Virus record (IMG/VR): IMGVR_UViG_3300017963_007659
Span: 1-64,000 of that record
Source of the DNA: a virus
Direction: 5' to 3' (one strand)
DNA length: 64,000 nucleotides
A program made the translations under genes and the position numbers. Of this stretch, positions 8,956 to 18,561 are shown piece after piece (positions within the stretch are counted from its first letter, which is position 1; each line of letters begins with the position of its first letter). The notes below the pieces were generated by a model. The model saw only the letters and a program-made list of their open reading frames with translations, did not search any database and was not told where the DNA came from.

Positions 8956-10149
8956 ATGAATATTCATAAACTTGCCAAAGTCAGTCTTCAGATTCTTGAA
9001 GCGGGCTACAAGAATCACGCTCTCCGTCTCCTCCATGCATCCCTTCACACAGCCGTCTTCTACCGTGAGACACCTGTGGACCCCTCTACCGACGTCGTAG
9101 ACCTCTTCACACGGGACTTGAAGCGTCACCATGACACCCGTAGGAGCTTCATAGAGGTCAAGCCCTTCTTCCGCAACCCCAAGATGTGGGCTCCCTTCCA
9201 AGGCAGAATCAAAGGCGCGGACGAGAAGCACCTCGCCTACTGGGTAGACAAGGCTAAGGACCTCGGTATCGCTCTGGAGAAGTCCCACATGTGGGAATAC
9301 CGTCCTTCCATCCCTGGAGGGATAGGACGTCACTACTTCGTCTCGAAGAGGACCATGGGCCACAGGGAGCTGGTCTTCGTTCTGGAGCTGAACATCTCCT
9401 ACAACCGCTTCGTCCTCTCCATCCGTCCTCTGGAGGAGCTGTACGAAACCACCGTGGAAGACGAGGAAGAGGAAGAGGAGATCTGGGAAGAGTTTCTTGA
9501 AGGTGGGGACATCGACCTCGACGTCTTCAAAAAGAAGGCGGAAGAGGATAAGATCTCCTTCGAGGTTATCAAACTTCTCAATGACGATATCGTCTACTTC
9601 TTCAAGATTGGTGACAAGAAGTACATCGCGGATCTCGACAACGCGGGTAAGGTGCTGACGGGTCTCGAAGCTGAGTCCTGGTTGAACAGCAGCCTCGACA
9701 ACGCGGAGGACCTCACTGAAATCGACCCCGACCTGGACCTCACAGACTTCTGGAATAGCCCTTCAACGCTCTACCACGCGACGGACCACGACAACATCGA
9801 ATCCATCATGGAAAGTGGTCTCCAATTGGAGAGCAAGACCCGTGGGATGACGAACCGTTGGATGGGAGCTTCGGTCTTCACCTCCACCAACCCGGAAGCC
9901 ATCCACTCCTACGGTGATACCATCTTGGAGATCGACACCGAAGCCATGAAGCGAGACGGCTACACTCCCCGTGTCGAATTGGAGCCTGGGATTGTAGAGT
10001 ACGAAGCTGCGCGGAGCCTCCTCTCTTGGTTCGACATGGACGAAGGGGACTATCCCCTGGAAGACCCAGCCAATACGGACGGGGTGGATCGCGAGACGAT
10101 CATCCTGAACGGTCCTGTTCCTGCTAAGTACCTGACGGTCATGGACTGA
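8956..10149 (+). CDS. leader-family protein with Tpt1/KptA-like ADP-ribosyltransferase-fold domain
   Basis: QILEAGYKNHA leader; TLYHATDHDNIESIMESGL...SVFTSTNPE...ILEID...VPAKYL. Confidence 0.6.
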   Translation: MNIHKLAKVSLQILEAGYKNHALRLLHASLHTAVFYRETPVDPSTDVVDLFTRDLKRHHDTRRSFIEVKPFFRNPKMWAPFQGRIKGADEKHLAYWVDKAKDLGIALEKSHMWEYRPSIPGGIGRHYFVSKRTMGHRELVFVLELNISYNRFVLSIRPLEELYETTVEDEEEEEEIWEEFLEGGDIDLDVFKKKAEEDKISFEVIKLLNDDIVYFFKIGDKKYIADLDNAGKVLTGLEAESWLNSSLDNAEDLTEIDPDLDLTDFWNSPSTLYHATDHDNIESIMESGLQLESKTRGMTNRWMGASVFTSTNPEAIHSYGDTILEIDTEAMKRDGYTPRVELEPGIVEYEAARSLLSWFDMDEGDYPLEDPANTDGVDRETIILNGPVPAKYLTVMD

Positions 10150-10179
10150 CCTGCCCGCCAAGAGTTATCTATACCCAAG

Positions 10180-11757
10180 ATGACTCTGTATTTCCACAAA
10201 ATTGCGACCATAGCGACCAAGCTTCTTGAAGCGGGCTACAAGAATGAGTCTCTCCGTCTCCTTCGTGCCACACTACGCAAGGAGCAGCTACCGGACCAAT
10301 CCCTAGCAGCTCTCATCATAAAGTCCCTCCAGCGAAACCCCACGCAGCGACACTACGCTAGAGAGGTGAAGCGACTCTTGAAGGATGAGCGCTTCTTGGA
10401 GCCCTTCCAGGGGAAGTTTCACGCTCACTCCCCCATGCAGAACGTGTACTACACCTACGACGTCCTTTCTCTGCTCAAAGAGTTGAAGTCCTCGCAGGTC
10501 TGGCGACCCATCCAACCTGCACCTGGAGCCCAACCTGGTATCCACTACGTGACCACGAAGGTCTTCGGTGGGGACAGCGTGGTTCTTGTAGCTGAGGTCC
10601 TAGGGAAGAGGGAAGCGCCTGTGCGGCTCTTCATGTCTCCTCTCGACCAGATAGAAGCGGCGGAAAACGAGTCAAAGGATCCTGTGGAGCTTCTGGAGGA
10701 GCGCTTCCCTGGGAAGGGGTGGAGCGCTGCCCCACTCCTCGTAGATTATACAGGAGAGCGCATCGTCTGTGGAGGTCGTGATCCGCGCTTCGAGAGGCGA
10801 GGGATGGAAGCCTTCGATATGGATGAGCTTGGATTCCCAGGGCTCTACGGAGTCCATGTAGGAGATGCCAACGAGTGGCTTTGTGTCCTCGAACGAGACG
10901 GTTTCTGTGACGGAGACGCCTACATCTACGAGATTGACTTCGAGTCATGGAACCGCAAGCATCCGGACAAGCCTTTTGTTGCCATCGACGACCCCCATCC
11001 TGTGGACAAAGACTCTGTAGGGTGGTCAGCGATCGTCTTCTCCGAGATGAAGACCATACCCGCTGAGATTGTCAAACTGCGAGAGAAGATCCCCTTCCAG
11101 AAGGTCCTTGAGGAGTGCGACCCCGAAGCTGCCTACGATGAGTATGGCGAGCCTACAGAATGGTATGGGTCTTCCCAACGAGTCCCCGTTTACTCCTCCT
11201 TGGTCTATCTCTCCCGCACCAAGCACAGAGGACTCAACTCCGAGTGTGATAGGGTCCAAGACCTCACCCAGGAGGTCAAGGATGGAGACCGTTCAGCTAT
11301 CCAGCAGGCAGCCTCCATGCTCGCGCACCATCCTGGGTTGAGGGGCTTCAAGGGTTGGGTCGTACCAGCTCCTCGGTCCAAGGCGGGTAGTCCCTCGAAC
11401 ATGGTGCTCGCCAAAACTCTTGTAGACCAAGGGATTGGCGTCAAGGCTGTAGATATGGTCCAGAGGATCAAGGATATCGAGTCTTCAAGAATGAGGCGAA
11501 GAGACAAAGGTGTGGATGGCGGGACGACTCTTGAAGAGCACTTGCAATCGATGGGCTTTGTTGGTAGAGTAGCAGACCAAGGGGTGCTCATCGTGGATGA
11601 CATCTTCACCACCGGAGCTACTCTCAAAGCGGTCGCTCTGACGATGCGTAAAGCGGGCTACAAGAGTCCTATCTCCGCTGCTGCCCTTGGGTACTACAGA
11701 CCAGACGCGCGCAGTGCCGAGGACTGTCCCGTCCACCACAGAACCTTCTACGTGTAA
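10180..11757 (+). CDS. leader-family multidomain protein with C-terminal ComF-like type I phosphoribosyltransferase
   Basis: KLLEAGYKNES leader; PRPP-binding loop VLIVDDIFTTGATL; central domain with YEID..DDP..IP motif like the ART-like domains. Confidence 0.7.
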   Translation: MTLYFHKIATIATKLLEAGYKNESLRLLRATLRKEQLPDQSLAALIIKSLQRNPTQRHYAREVKRLLKDERFLEPFQGKFHAHSPMQNVYYTYDVLSLLKELKSSQVWRPIQPAPGAQPGIHYVTTKVFGGDSVVLVAEVLGKREAPVRLFMSPLDQIEAAENESKDPVELLEERFPGKGWSAAPLLVDYTGERIVCGGRDPRFERRGMEAFDMDELGFPGLYGVHVGDANEWLCVLERDGFCDGDAYIYEIDFESWNRKHPDKPFVAIDDPHPVDKDSVGWSAIVFSEMKTIPAEIVKLREKIPFQKVLEECDPEAAYDEYGEPTEWYGSSQRVPVYSSLVYLSRTKHRGLNSECDRVQDLTQEVKDGDRSAIQQAASMLAHHPGLRGFKGWVVPAPRSKAGSPSNMVLAKTLVDQGIGVKAVDMVQRIKDIESSRMRRRDKGVDGGTTLEEHLQSMGFVGRVADQGVLIVDDIFTTGATLKAVALTMRKAGYKSPISAAALGYYRPDARSAEDCPVHHRTFYV

Positions 11758-11760
11758 ATC

Positions 11761-12447
11761 ATGACTGACTTTCCACGATATCTTCAGCGCGCTCTCGACA
11801 AAGTAGGCGTTCATCTCTATCAAGAGCACTATGGCAAGGAGCCACTGGACTTTGATACCTTCCTCCAAGCTATCGCTACAAGAATCGGCGAAAGGAACAT
11901 CAGGAAGATCAAAGAGATAGGTCACGGGTATTCCGGGACTGTCTTCTGGCTATCTGATAGGAAGAAAGTCCTGAAAGTAACGTCAGCCCAAAGCGATGCC
12001 TATGCCTCCTCCTCAGTCAAGAGGAAGCCGAGTCGAGCCCTCGTCAAGACGTATGATGTCTTCGCGGCGACGGACGACACGACCTTCTACAATCTCTACT
12101 TCATCGTCAACGAAAAACTCACGCCCCTCGCTGGACCTCCTTTCCTCAAAGTGGAGCGGCTCATCAATCTCGTTCGTCGAGCTGATGACTATATCAGCCC
12201 TGTCAACATGGCCAACTACAAGAAACTGCGGGAAGAAGTCGCCAACAGGGAAGACTTGCAAGAGGACTTCGAGGATAGTGACAATCTCTTGGACCTCTAC
12301 AAGAGTTGGGCTGAAGCGCTCGATGCGCACCGCATCATCTTCAATGACCTGAAAACGGAGAATGTGATGCTGCGAGGGCGCGACATTGTCATCGCCGATC
12401 TTGGGGGAACGGCTCCGTCAACCGAAATTCCTTCCATTACTGATTGA
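11761..12447 (+). CDS. minimal protein-kinase-fold protein K7
   Basis: IGHGYSGTVFW / VLKVT / FNDLKTENVM / IADLG. Confidence 0.85.
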   Translation: MTDFPRYLQRALDKVGVHLYQEHYGKEPLDFDTFLQAIATRIGERNIRKIKEIGHGYSGTVFWLSDRKKVLKVTSAQSDAYASSSVKRKPSRALVKTYDVFAATDDTTFYNLYFIVNEKLTPLAGPPFLKVERLINLVRRADDYISPVNMANYKKLREEVANREDLQEDFEDSDNLLDLYKSWAEALDAHRIIFNDLKTENVMLRGRDIVIADLGGTAPSTEIPSITD

Positions 12448-12454
12448 GGGTCCT

Positions 12455-13183
12455 ATGTCATTCAATTCCAAATTCGAGGCTGAACTGGGAAAGCAATGGA
12501 ATGTGCGTCCTAGCGACTTCAATTCAGACAATCCCGACCATAAAGAAGTAGCTGAAGCCTTCCAAGGGTTTCTTGAAGAGATCTATCTGCGGGTAGGGGA
12601 ACCGGACAGCCGTCGCTGGAAGGTTCTCGGGGAAGGGTCCAACGGTGTGGTGTTCTGGATGAACAATCACGCCCGAGTCTTGAAGCTTACCCGAGACATC
12701 CAAGACGCCTACGCCTCGGAGATCGTGAAGAAAAAGCCCGATAAGAATCTGATCAAAGTCTATGATGTCTTCGAGATGGGGCTCCCTTACTTCGGGGAGA
12801 AGTGGTGCATTGTCAACGAGAAGCTGACGCCGCTGTCTTCTTCTGAGGAGAAGGAATGGCAGAACATCATTCTTGTAGCTCGGGGAAGATACTCCAAATA
12901 TGGACTTCCTACCATGCACGAACTCTCCCTCAATTGGGTCCTGGAGGTTCAGGAGTGGTTGGATAGCGAACGGATCTGGGATGCTCCCTACCATATACTG
13001 GAAGCTATCAGGGCGCATATGCCGACACTGAAGACATGGGCCAAGCTTCTTGAAGACCGAGGTATCGAGTGGGGTGACCTCTCGCTGGGCAACATCATGA
13101 AGCGCGGACATCTCACTGTGATTTCGGACTTGGGCTTTGGTCGAACCAGCTCCAGCCCCTCCATCCCTCAGCTTGAGGTATAG
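12455..13183 (+). CDS. minimal protein-kinase-fold protein K8
   Basis: Start MSFNSKF at 12455 behind GAGGG; LGEGSNGVVFW / VLKLT / WGDLSLGNIM / ISDLG. Confidence 0.85.
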   Translation: MSFNSKFEAELGKQWNVRPSDFNSDNPDHKEVAEAFQGFLEEIYLRVGEPDSRRWKVLGEGSNGVVFWMNNHARVLKLTRDIQDAYASEIVKKKPDKNLIKVYDVFEMGLPYFGEKWCIVNEKLTPLSSSEEKEWQNIILVARGRYSKYGLPTMHELSLNWVLEVQEWLDSERIWDAPYHILEAIRAHMPTLKTWAKLLEDRGIEWGDLSLGNIMKRGHLTVISDLGFGRTSSSPSIPQLEV

Positions 13184-13185
13184 GT

Positions 13186-13881
13186 ATGCAATTTGAAACG
13201 GCTCTGGGTAAAGTCCTCATGCTCTATTCTCTCCGCGACCAGGAGGTGCGAGAGGACTTCGAGTTCTACAAGAATGCCATCCTGACCCGCGTTGGAGCCA
13301 AAGAACCCACCGACCTCAAGTTTCTTGGACAGGGCATGAACGGCTATGTGTTCTGGTTGCCAGACAAGAAACGAGTCTTGAAGCTCACGGTGGATGAGGG
13401 GGACGCGAACGCCTCTGAAGTCATTCGGAAAAAGCCAGACCGAAACCTCATAAAGGTCCACGACGTGTTTACCTTCGGTCTTCCTCACTGGCGGCAATCG
13501 TGGGGGATTGTATCGGAGAAACTGCGCCCCTTGTCCAGGAGCGAAGAAGAAAGCTGGCGCTGGATTGTACAGATGAGCACGGGGCAGTACCGTAAGTTCT
13601 GGGCTCCTCGAATGGACGCTCTAGACCAGAAGTGGGTCGATGCGATAGATGCGTGGACCACCAGCGATGACGCAAAATACATCCCTGGGTTGGTCGAAGC
13701 CATAGAGGAGCATCACCACACTCTGGAGACATGGGCGAAGCTCCTCAAGAATCGTGGAATCATCTGGGGTGACCTGAACTTGGGCAACATTATGCACAGA
13801 GGTGCTGTGCCTCTCATCTCCGACGTTGGAGGAGGGTATGCTCCTTCCCAGCATCTACCACAGTTGACACCAGAGGACTGA
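13186..13881 (+). CDS. minimal protein-kinase-fold protein K9
   Basis: LGQGMNGYVFW / VLKLT / WGDLNLGNIM / ISDVG. Confidence 0.85.
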   Translation: MQFETALGKVLMLYSLRDQEVREDFEFYKNAILTRVGAKEPTDLKFLGQGMNGYVFWLPDKKRVLKLTVDEGDANASEVIRKKPDRNLIKVHDVFTFGLPHWRQSWGIVSEKLRPLSRSEEESWRWIVQMSTGQYRKFWAPRMDALDQKWVDAIDAWTTSDDAKYIPGLVEAIEEHHHTLETWAKLLKNRGIIWGDLNLGNIMHRGAVPLISDVGGGYAPSQHLPQLTPED

Positions 13882-13883
13882 AG

Positions 13884-14768
13884 ATGCGTATCGACGAAGA
13901 GGTCTCCGAGATGCTGGCTCCATCCCAGAGAATCCATCCGAAAGCTGACAGCTCCGACAGCGCGAACGAAAAGCGGGACCGTGTGAAGTGGCTTGAGGAG
14001 CAGTACCGTCGGCACGGAGGAGACAAACCGAAGTCCCTCTGGACCCCTTTCGACTACCATCTCCAGAAGCATCAATTCGAGAAGAGAGGGATAGCCTACG
14101 CTATCGGTCCATGCATCGTAGGGAAAGCAACGAGCGCTCCTCTTCGTCCAACCCTTCCCCCAGAAGACCTGGAAGCAGCTCAGAAGTACACGGAAGCTGT
14201 GCTGAGCTGGGCTGGAGAGAAACCAGACAACTACGAGCTGAAGTTCTTGGGAGAAGGCTGGGACGGCTCCGTCTTCTGGCTCTCCGATAAGAAGAAGGTG
14301 CTGAAGATCACGCTTGACCCAGAGGACGCCAAAGCCTCAGCTATCCTCAAGAGGAAACCCGACAGAGACCTCTACAAGATTTACAAAGTAGGAAGGATAC
14401 TAGACGGTTACGCCATCATAGCGGAGAAGCTCTCTCCGCTAGCCAGTTCCGAGCACCGCACCTGGGATCGCGTCTACAACGAGCTGAAAGGTATGCACCT
14501 CCATCCCTCTGGTGCCCAAGGTCCAATGAACGAGAAGTGGCTGGAGAAGGTCAAAGACGAAGCTCTCTCGGAGAAGTGGAACTTCCCAGCGATCAACGAG
14601 AAGCTGACGCAGATTGAGGAGTGGGTCGACCTGTTCACAGACCGAGGCATTCTCCTTCAAGATTTCCACGCGGGCAACATCATGGCTCGTGGACGCACGG
14701 AGATTGTCTCCGATATGGGTAGGTCCAAGATCGTCGGTGGACCGAGCATCCCCGAGATTCAGGTGTAA
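13884..14768 (+). CDS. minimal protein-kinase-fold protein K10 with N-terminal extension
   Basis: LGEGWDGSVFW / VLKIT / LQDFHAGNIM / VSDMG. Confidence 0.85.
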   Translation: MRIDEEVSEMLAPSQRIHPKADSSDSANEKRDRVKWLEEQYRRHGGDKPKSLWTPFDYHLQKHQFEKRGIAYAIGPCIVGKATSAPLRPTLPPEDLEAAQKYTEAVLSWAGEKPDNYELKFLGEGWDGSVFWLSDKKKVLKITLDPEDAKASAILKRKPDRDLYKIYKVGRILDGYAIIAEKLSPLASSEHRTWDRVYNELKGMHLHPSGAQGPMNEKWLEKVKDEALSEKWNFPAINEKLTQIEEWVDLFTDRGILLQDFHAGNIMARGRTEIVSDMGRSKIVGGPSIPEIQV

Positions 14769-14772
14769 CAAT

Positions 14773-15519
14773 ATGGAACACCCTATCGAGAAATATTTGG
14801 ACAAAGATGAGTTCGTCCAACAGGTCTACGACCTCCTGTACAATGCTTTGATCGTCCGAGGTGAATACGACGAAGAGGAGATGAACATCGTCCAAGCCTA
14901 CTGTGATGCGATCCTCAAGTGGGCTGGTGAGAAGCCTGGGAAGTACCATCTCCCGTTCCTTGGTGAAGGGGAAGACGCTGAGGTCTACTGGCTCAATAGC
15001 GACAAGAAGAAAATCTTGAAGCTGACGATGGACAAGAGTGACGCCCACGCATGTCAGATCTTGGCGAAGAAACCGGACAAGTCACTCTTGAAGGTCTACA
15101 AGGTCGTCGATGTCTGCCATGGAGGTTCCGATTGGGGCTACGCCATCCTGGCTGAGAAGCTGACGCCTCTGTCTGGAAGCATGCGGAAATACTTGGAAAA
15201 AGCGCTTCTTGGGCTAAAAATGATGAGTAGTCTTCCCCGGCATGGAGTGACCAAGCCCTGGATCGTGGAAGTCAAACATGCGCTCAACGTCTTCAAGGAT
15301 GACCCAAGAGCCCAGAAGTATGTGGACGATGTTGTAAATGTATTCCCAATCCTAGAAGCATGGGCTAACGCTCTGACGGATAGAGGTATTGCTTGGACAG
15401 ACTTCCATCTCGGAAACATCATGATGCGAAGGCATGATCCAGTCATCGTGGACTTCGGTAGGTCGCGAGTCTACAGAGGTTCCATTCCGAAGCTTCAAGT
15501 ATCCCTACCTGAGAAATAG
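14773..15519 (+). CDS. minimal protein-kinase-fold protein K11
   Basis: Start MEHPIEKY at 14773; LGEGEDAEVYW / ILKLT / WTDFHLGNIM / IVDFG. Confidence 0.85.
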   Translation: MEHPIEKYLDKDEFVQQVYDLLYNALIVRGEYDEEEMNIVQAYCDAILKWAGEKPGKYHLPFLGEGEDAEVYWLNSDKKKILKLTMDKSDAHACQILAKKPDKSLLKVYKVVDVCHGGSDWGYAILAEKLTPLSGSMRKYLEKALLGLKMMSSLPRHGVTKPWIVEVKHALNVFKDDPRAQKYVDDVVNVFPILEAWANALTDRGIAWTDFHLGNIMMRRHDPVIVDFGRSRVYRGSIPKLQVSLPEK

Positions 15520-15527
15520 GTGTAGCC

Positions 15528-16235
15528 ATGTCCGATATCTATGACCTCTACGGAACGAAATTTGGTAAGGAGCTGCTACGCCGCTACCCCTCTCTCCCCC
15601 GTGGAGAAGAGGGGCGTACTCTTCTCATGTCGGTAGCTGATGCTCTTTTGGAGCTGGGTGGGGAGAAGCCTGGAGCCTACAAGAATCTCTCCTTCCTCGG
15701 TTCCGGTGCCTATGCCTACGTGTATTGGTTCAAGGGGAACAGGTCGAAAGTCTTGAAGCTGACGAGCGACGAAGACGACGCCAAAGCGTGCCAGATCTTG
15801 GTGAAGAAGCCAGACAAGGCACTCTTGAAGGTGTATGCTGTAAGGGAGCTGGTCCCTCACTCTCTATGGGCTATCATCACAGAGAAGCTCACGCCGCTGT
15901 CCAGCAGCGAAGACAGGATGTGGGAAGAGGCGCACGGAGCTTGGGAGACGTTGGGGCTCAGCCTCAGGCACATCGGTCTGGACAAGATGTTCATGGGCGA
16001 CCTCGAAGAGGCTATGGAAGACGCGGAGAGGGCTGGTCATGGTGAGTGGAACCGCGCTATCGAGAGGGTGCTTCCGACTCTTGAAGTGTGGATGAAGAAG
16101 CTGACGGAGCGCGGTATCATCTGGAGAGACCTCCACCGGGGGAACATCCTGATGCGGGGGCGTGTACCTATCATCAGCGATCTTGGTCTGTCGTTCGTTC
16201 CCAGAAGCGGGGCTATCCCCATTCTCGACGTGTAG
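15528..16235 (+). CDS. minimal protein-kinase-fold protein K12
   Basis: LGSGAYAYVYW / VLKLT / WRDLHRGNIL / ISDLG. Confidence 0.85.
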   Translation: MSDIYDLYGTKFGKELLRRYPSLPRGEEGRTLLMSVADALLELGGEKPGAYKNLSFLGSGAYAYVYWFKGNRSKVLKLTSDEDDAKACQILVKKPDKALLKVYAVRELVPHSLWAIITEKLTPLSSSEDRMWEEAHGAWETLGLSLRHIGLDKMFMGDLEEAMEDAERAGHGEWNRAIERVLPTLEVWMKKLTERGIIWRDLHRGNILMRGRVPIISDLGLSFVPRSGAIPILDV

Positions 16236-16247
16236 CGGTAAGAATTC

Positions 16248-16293
16248 TTAACGATAGAAATCTCTACCGATACAGATTTTTAACGATAGAAAT
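16248..16293. repeat. 14-bp direct repeat TTAACGATAGAAAT x2 in intergenic gap
   Basis: Copies at 16248-16261 and 16280-16293. Confidence 0.8.
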
Positions 16294-16339
16294 TCCGACC
16301 ATCCAGCGGTTAGTTCTTAGGTGAGGGACTGCACTGCGC

Positions 16340-18553
16340 ATGGCACACGTCAGAAACACAGACATCTTCCGTTGGGTTCATCACTACCTGGAGACGGTAG
16401 CTCATCCTTCCTTCAAGGATTTCGATTCCTACGAAGATCTCGACGATCAAGAAGAGAGCTACGCCGAAGAGGTCGTGGGGAAGATCCTCCGACATGTGGG
16501 GCAACCTGAAGGCACCCCCAGATTCTTCCCGGAGAGGATTGGAGAAGGAGCTGACGCTGAAGTCTACTGGCTCGCCAACAAACGCAAAGTCCTCAAGCTC
16601 ACGGTCTCCGAAGACGACGCCAAAGCCCTAGCATACTTCAAGAAACACCCAGACAAGGGTATCGTGAAGGTCTACGACGTCTTCTCTATCCCAGACACGT
16701 TTCTCTATGGAATCGTCATGGAGAAGCTCACCCCATCTGATAAACACTGGCAGGAGATCGCGGAGCGCATCTCCTTCGCTGGTAGGGGTGGCTTCTTTTT
16801 GAGCATGAAATGGTTCGAGGGGCAGCTCCTACCAGCTATCCAAAAGAGAAGGGAACGAGGAGTCGGTGGTCCTTTCATGGACGCGATGACCCCGGAGAAC
16901 ATCGAAGTCATCCATCATTGGTGTGAGGTGCTGGACAAAGCTGGAATCAAATGGGCTGATATGCACGACGAGAACGTGATGTTCCGGGGACGGCAGCCTG
17001 TCCTCATGGATTTGGGGAGATCGACGGGAGCAACTGGACGCATCCCTCAGATGAAAGCTGCGGCGATTCTTGAAGCTCGCAAGGCTCAACCCATCGATGG
17101 GAAGATCGTCTCCAAGAAGGTGCTGGGGATGATCCTCCGTCACTTCCTCACAGAGAAGATGTACGAGGAGCACGTCCCTACAATGTACCAGGACATGCTC
17201 CCCTACAAGAGATGGAAGCACGAGAACGAGAGAGCCATCGCGGATGGGGTGCACTACGACGAGAATGGTCCTCTGGTCAACGTCTACACCGGCACCTTCT
17301 TCCTGGATGACCTCGACCTCTTCAAGAATTTCCACGCCTTTCTCGAAAAGACAGTCAAAGGATGGGGATGGTATGTGCTGCGCGCCAATCTACCACAGCA
17401 AGAAGGGAAGCCCTACTCCGTGGACTTGGCACCGAACTACGGGACTCTTGTAGAGGACGTCCCTCCCAAGCTCTACCATCTTGCTCTCAAAGAAGATCTC
17501 CCCAGCATCCGACGCAAGGGTCTTATCCCCATGAAGGGGCGTGAGCACGGTGTGACGGTGCGTGGCTATCCAGATAGGGTCTACTTCGCCCGAAGCATGA
17601 ACGTCGTCTACGACCTGCATGAAGGCTTCCTGGGACGCAACTATGAGGAGGAGGGGAAGTACGCGGTCATCACCATCGATACCCACAAGCTGAGAAGGGG
17701 CACGAAGTTCTACGACGACCCGGAAATGCCCCAAGGCTACAGCATGTGGACCTACACGCACGTACCGAAGGAAGCGATTCTTGAAGTGCGTGACATGATG
17801 ACGGAGGAGAGGCTAGCGCAGCTCGTAGAAGCCAGGAAGATTCAACCGCTCTCCAAGGAGTTCGTAGAGAAGAAGCTCTCCGACCTCATCCCGGAATTCC
17901 TCTTCACCCCTGACAACTACAAGACTGTAGAGAGGAAGTACCCAGACCTCTTCGATTACGACACCTGGAGAACCGACGGAATTCAGTATAGTCAGGAAGG
18001 GGTATTCGAGCACAAGAACAAGGTCTCGGCCAATATAGGTACGCATTCGCTCGACCCCTATTTCTTCAAGAATCTCGTCGCTTACCTCGAACCGAAGCTC
18101 AAAGGTTGGGGGTGGTATATTCTCTCCTTACAAATGCCGAAGGACGACTATGACTTCATGAATCTCCAAGTAGCGCCGAACTACGGCACGCAGCTCAAGA
18201 CTCCCCGCTACCTCTACCACATCACCCCGAAGAGTAATATGGAGAGAATCAAGCGCAAGGGGTTCATCCCGAGACCAGCTCGCCAGCACGGAGACGCACA
18301 GCGACGGCAGTATCCAGATAGAGTCTACTTCGGGACTCAATACAGCACTGTCGAGAAGCTCTACAAGGAATTTGTCATCCACGGCGAGAAGGAATCCTAT
18401 GTTCTCTTCATCGTACAGGGAAGCCGCATCCCCAAGAACGTCAAGTTCTACGAGGATCCAGAAATGCCTATGGGTTCGAGCGCATGGACCTACACACACA
18501 TCCCGGCCACCGCTATCGTTGGGATGGAAGATGCTGAGACGGCTTTCAACTAA
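16340..18553 (+). CDS. kinase K13 fused to two tandem ADP-ribosyltransferase-fold (Tpt1/KptA-like) modules
   Basis: IGEGADAEVYW / VLKLT / WADMHDENVM / LMDLG, then 2x (LYH...I.RKG.IP...YPDRVYF...FY.DPEMP.G..WTYTH.P..AI). Confidence 0.75.
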   Translation: MAHVRNTDIFRWVHHYLETVAHPSFKDFDSYEDLDDQEESYAEEVVGKILRHVGQPEGTPRFFPERIGEGADAEVYWLANKRKVLKLTVSEDDAKALAYFKKHPDKGIVKVYDVFSIPDTFLYGIVMEKLTPSDKHWQEIAERISFAGRGGFFLSMKWFEGQLLPAIQKRRERGVGGPFMDAMTPENIEVIHHWCEVLDKAGIKWADMHDENVMFRGRQPVLMDLGRSTGATGRIPQMKAAAILEARKAQPIDGKIVSKKVLGMILRHFLTEKMYEEHVPTMYQDMLPYKRWKHENERAIADGVHYDENGPLVNVYTGTFFLDDLDLFKNFHAFLEKTVKGWGWYVLRANLPQQEGKPYSVDLAPNYGTLVEDVPPKLYHLALKEDLPSIRRKGLIPMKGREHGVTVRGYPDRVYFARSMNVVYDLHEGFLGRNYEEEGKYAVITIDTHKLRRGTKFYDDPEMPQGYSMWTYTHVPKEAILEVRDMMTEERLAQLVEARKIQPLSKEFVEKKLSDLIPEFLFTPDNYKTVERKYPDLFDYDTWRTDGIQYSQEGVFEHKNKVSANIGTHSLDPYFFKNLVAYLEPKLKGWGWYILSLQMPKDDYDFMNLQVAPNYGTQLKTPRYLYHITPKSNMERIKRKGFIPRPARQHGDAQRRQYPDRVYFGTQYSTVEKLYKEFVIHGEKESYVLFIVQGSRIPKNVKFYEDPEMPMGSSAWTYTHIPATAIVGMEDAETAFN

Positions 18554-18561
18554 GGTGGGAT

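Noticed and set aside
16236-16339. Possible mini-CRISPR array
   Set aside because: Only two 14-bp repeats with an 18-bp spacer; too short, and no cas genes in the window
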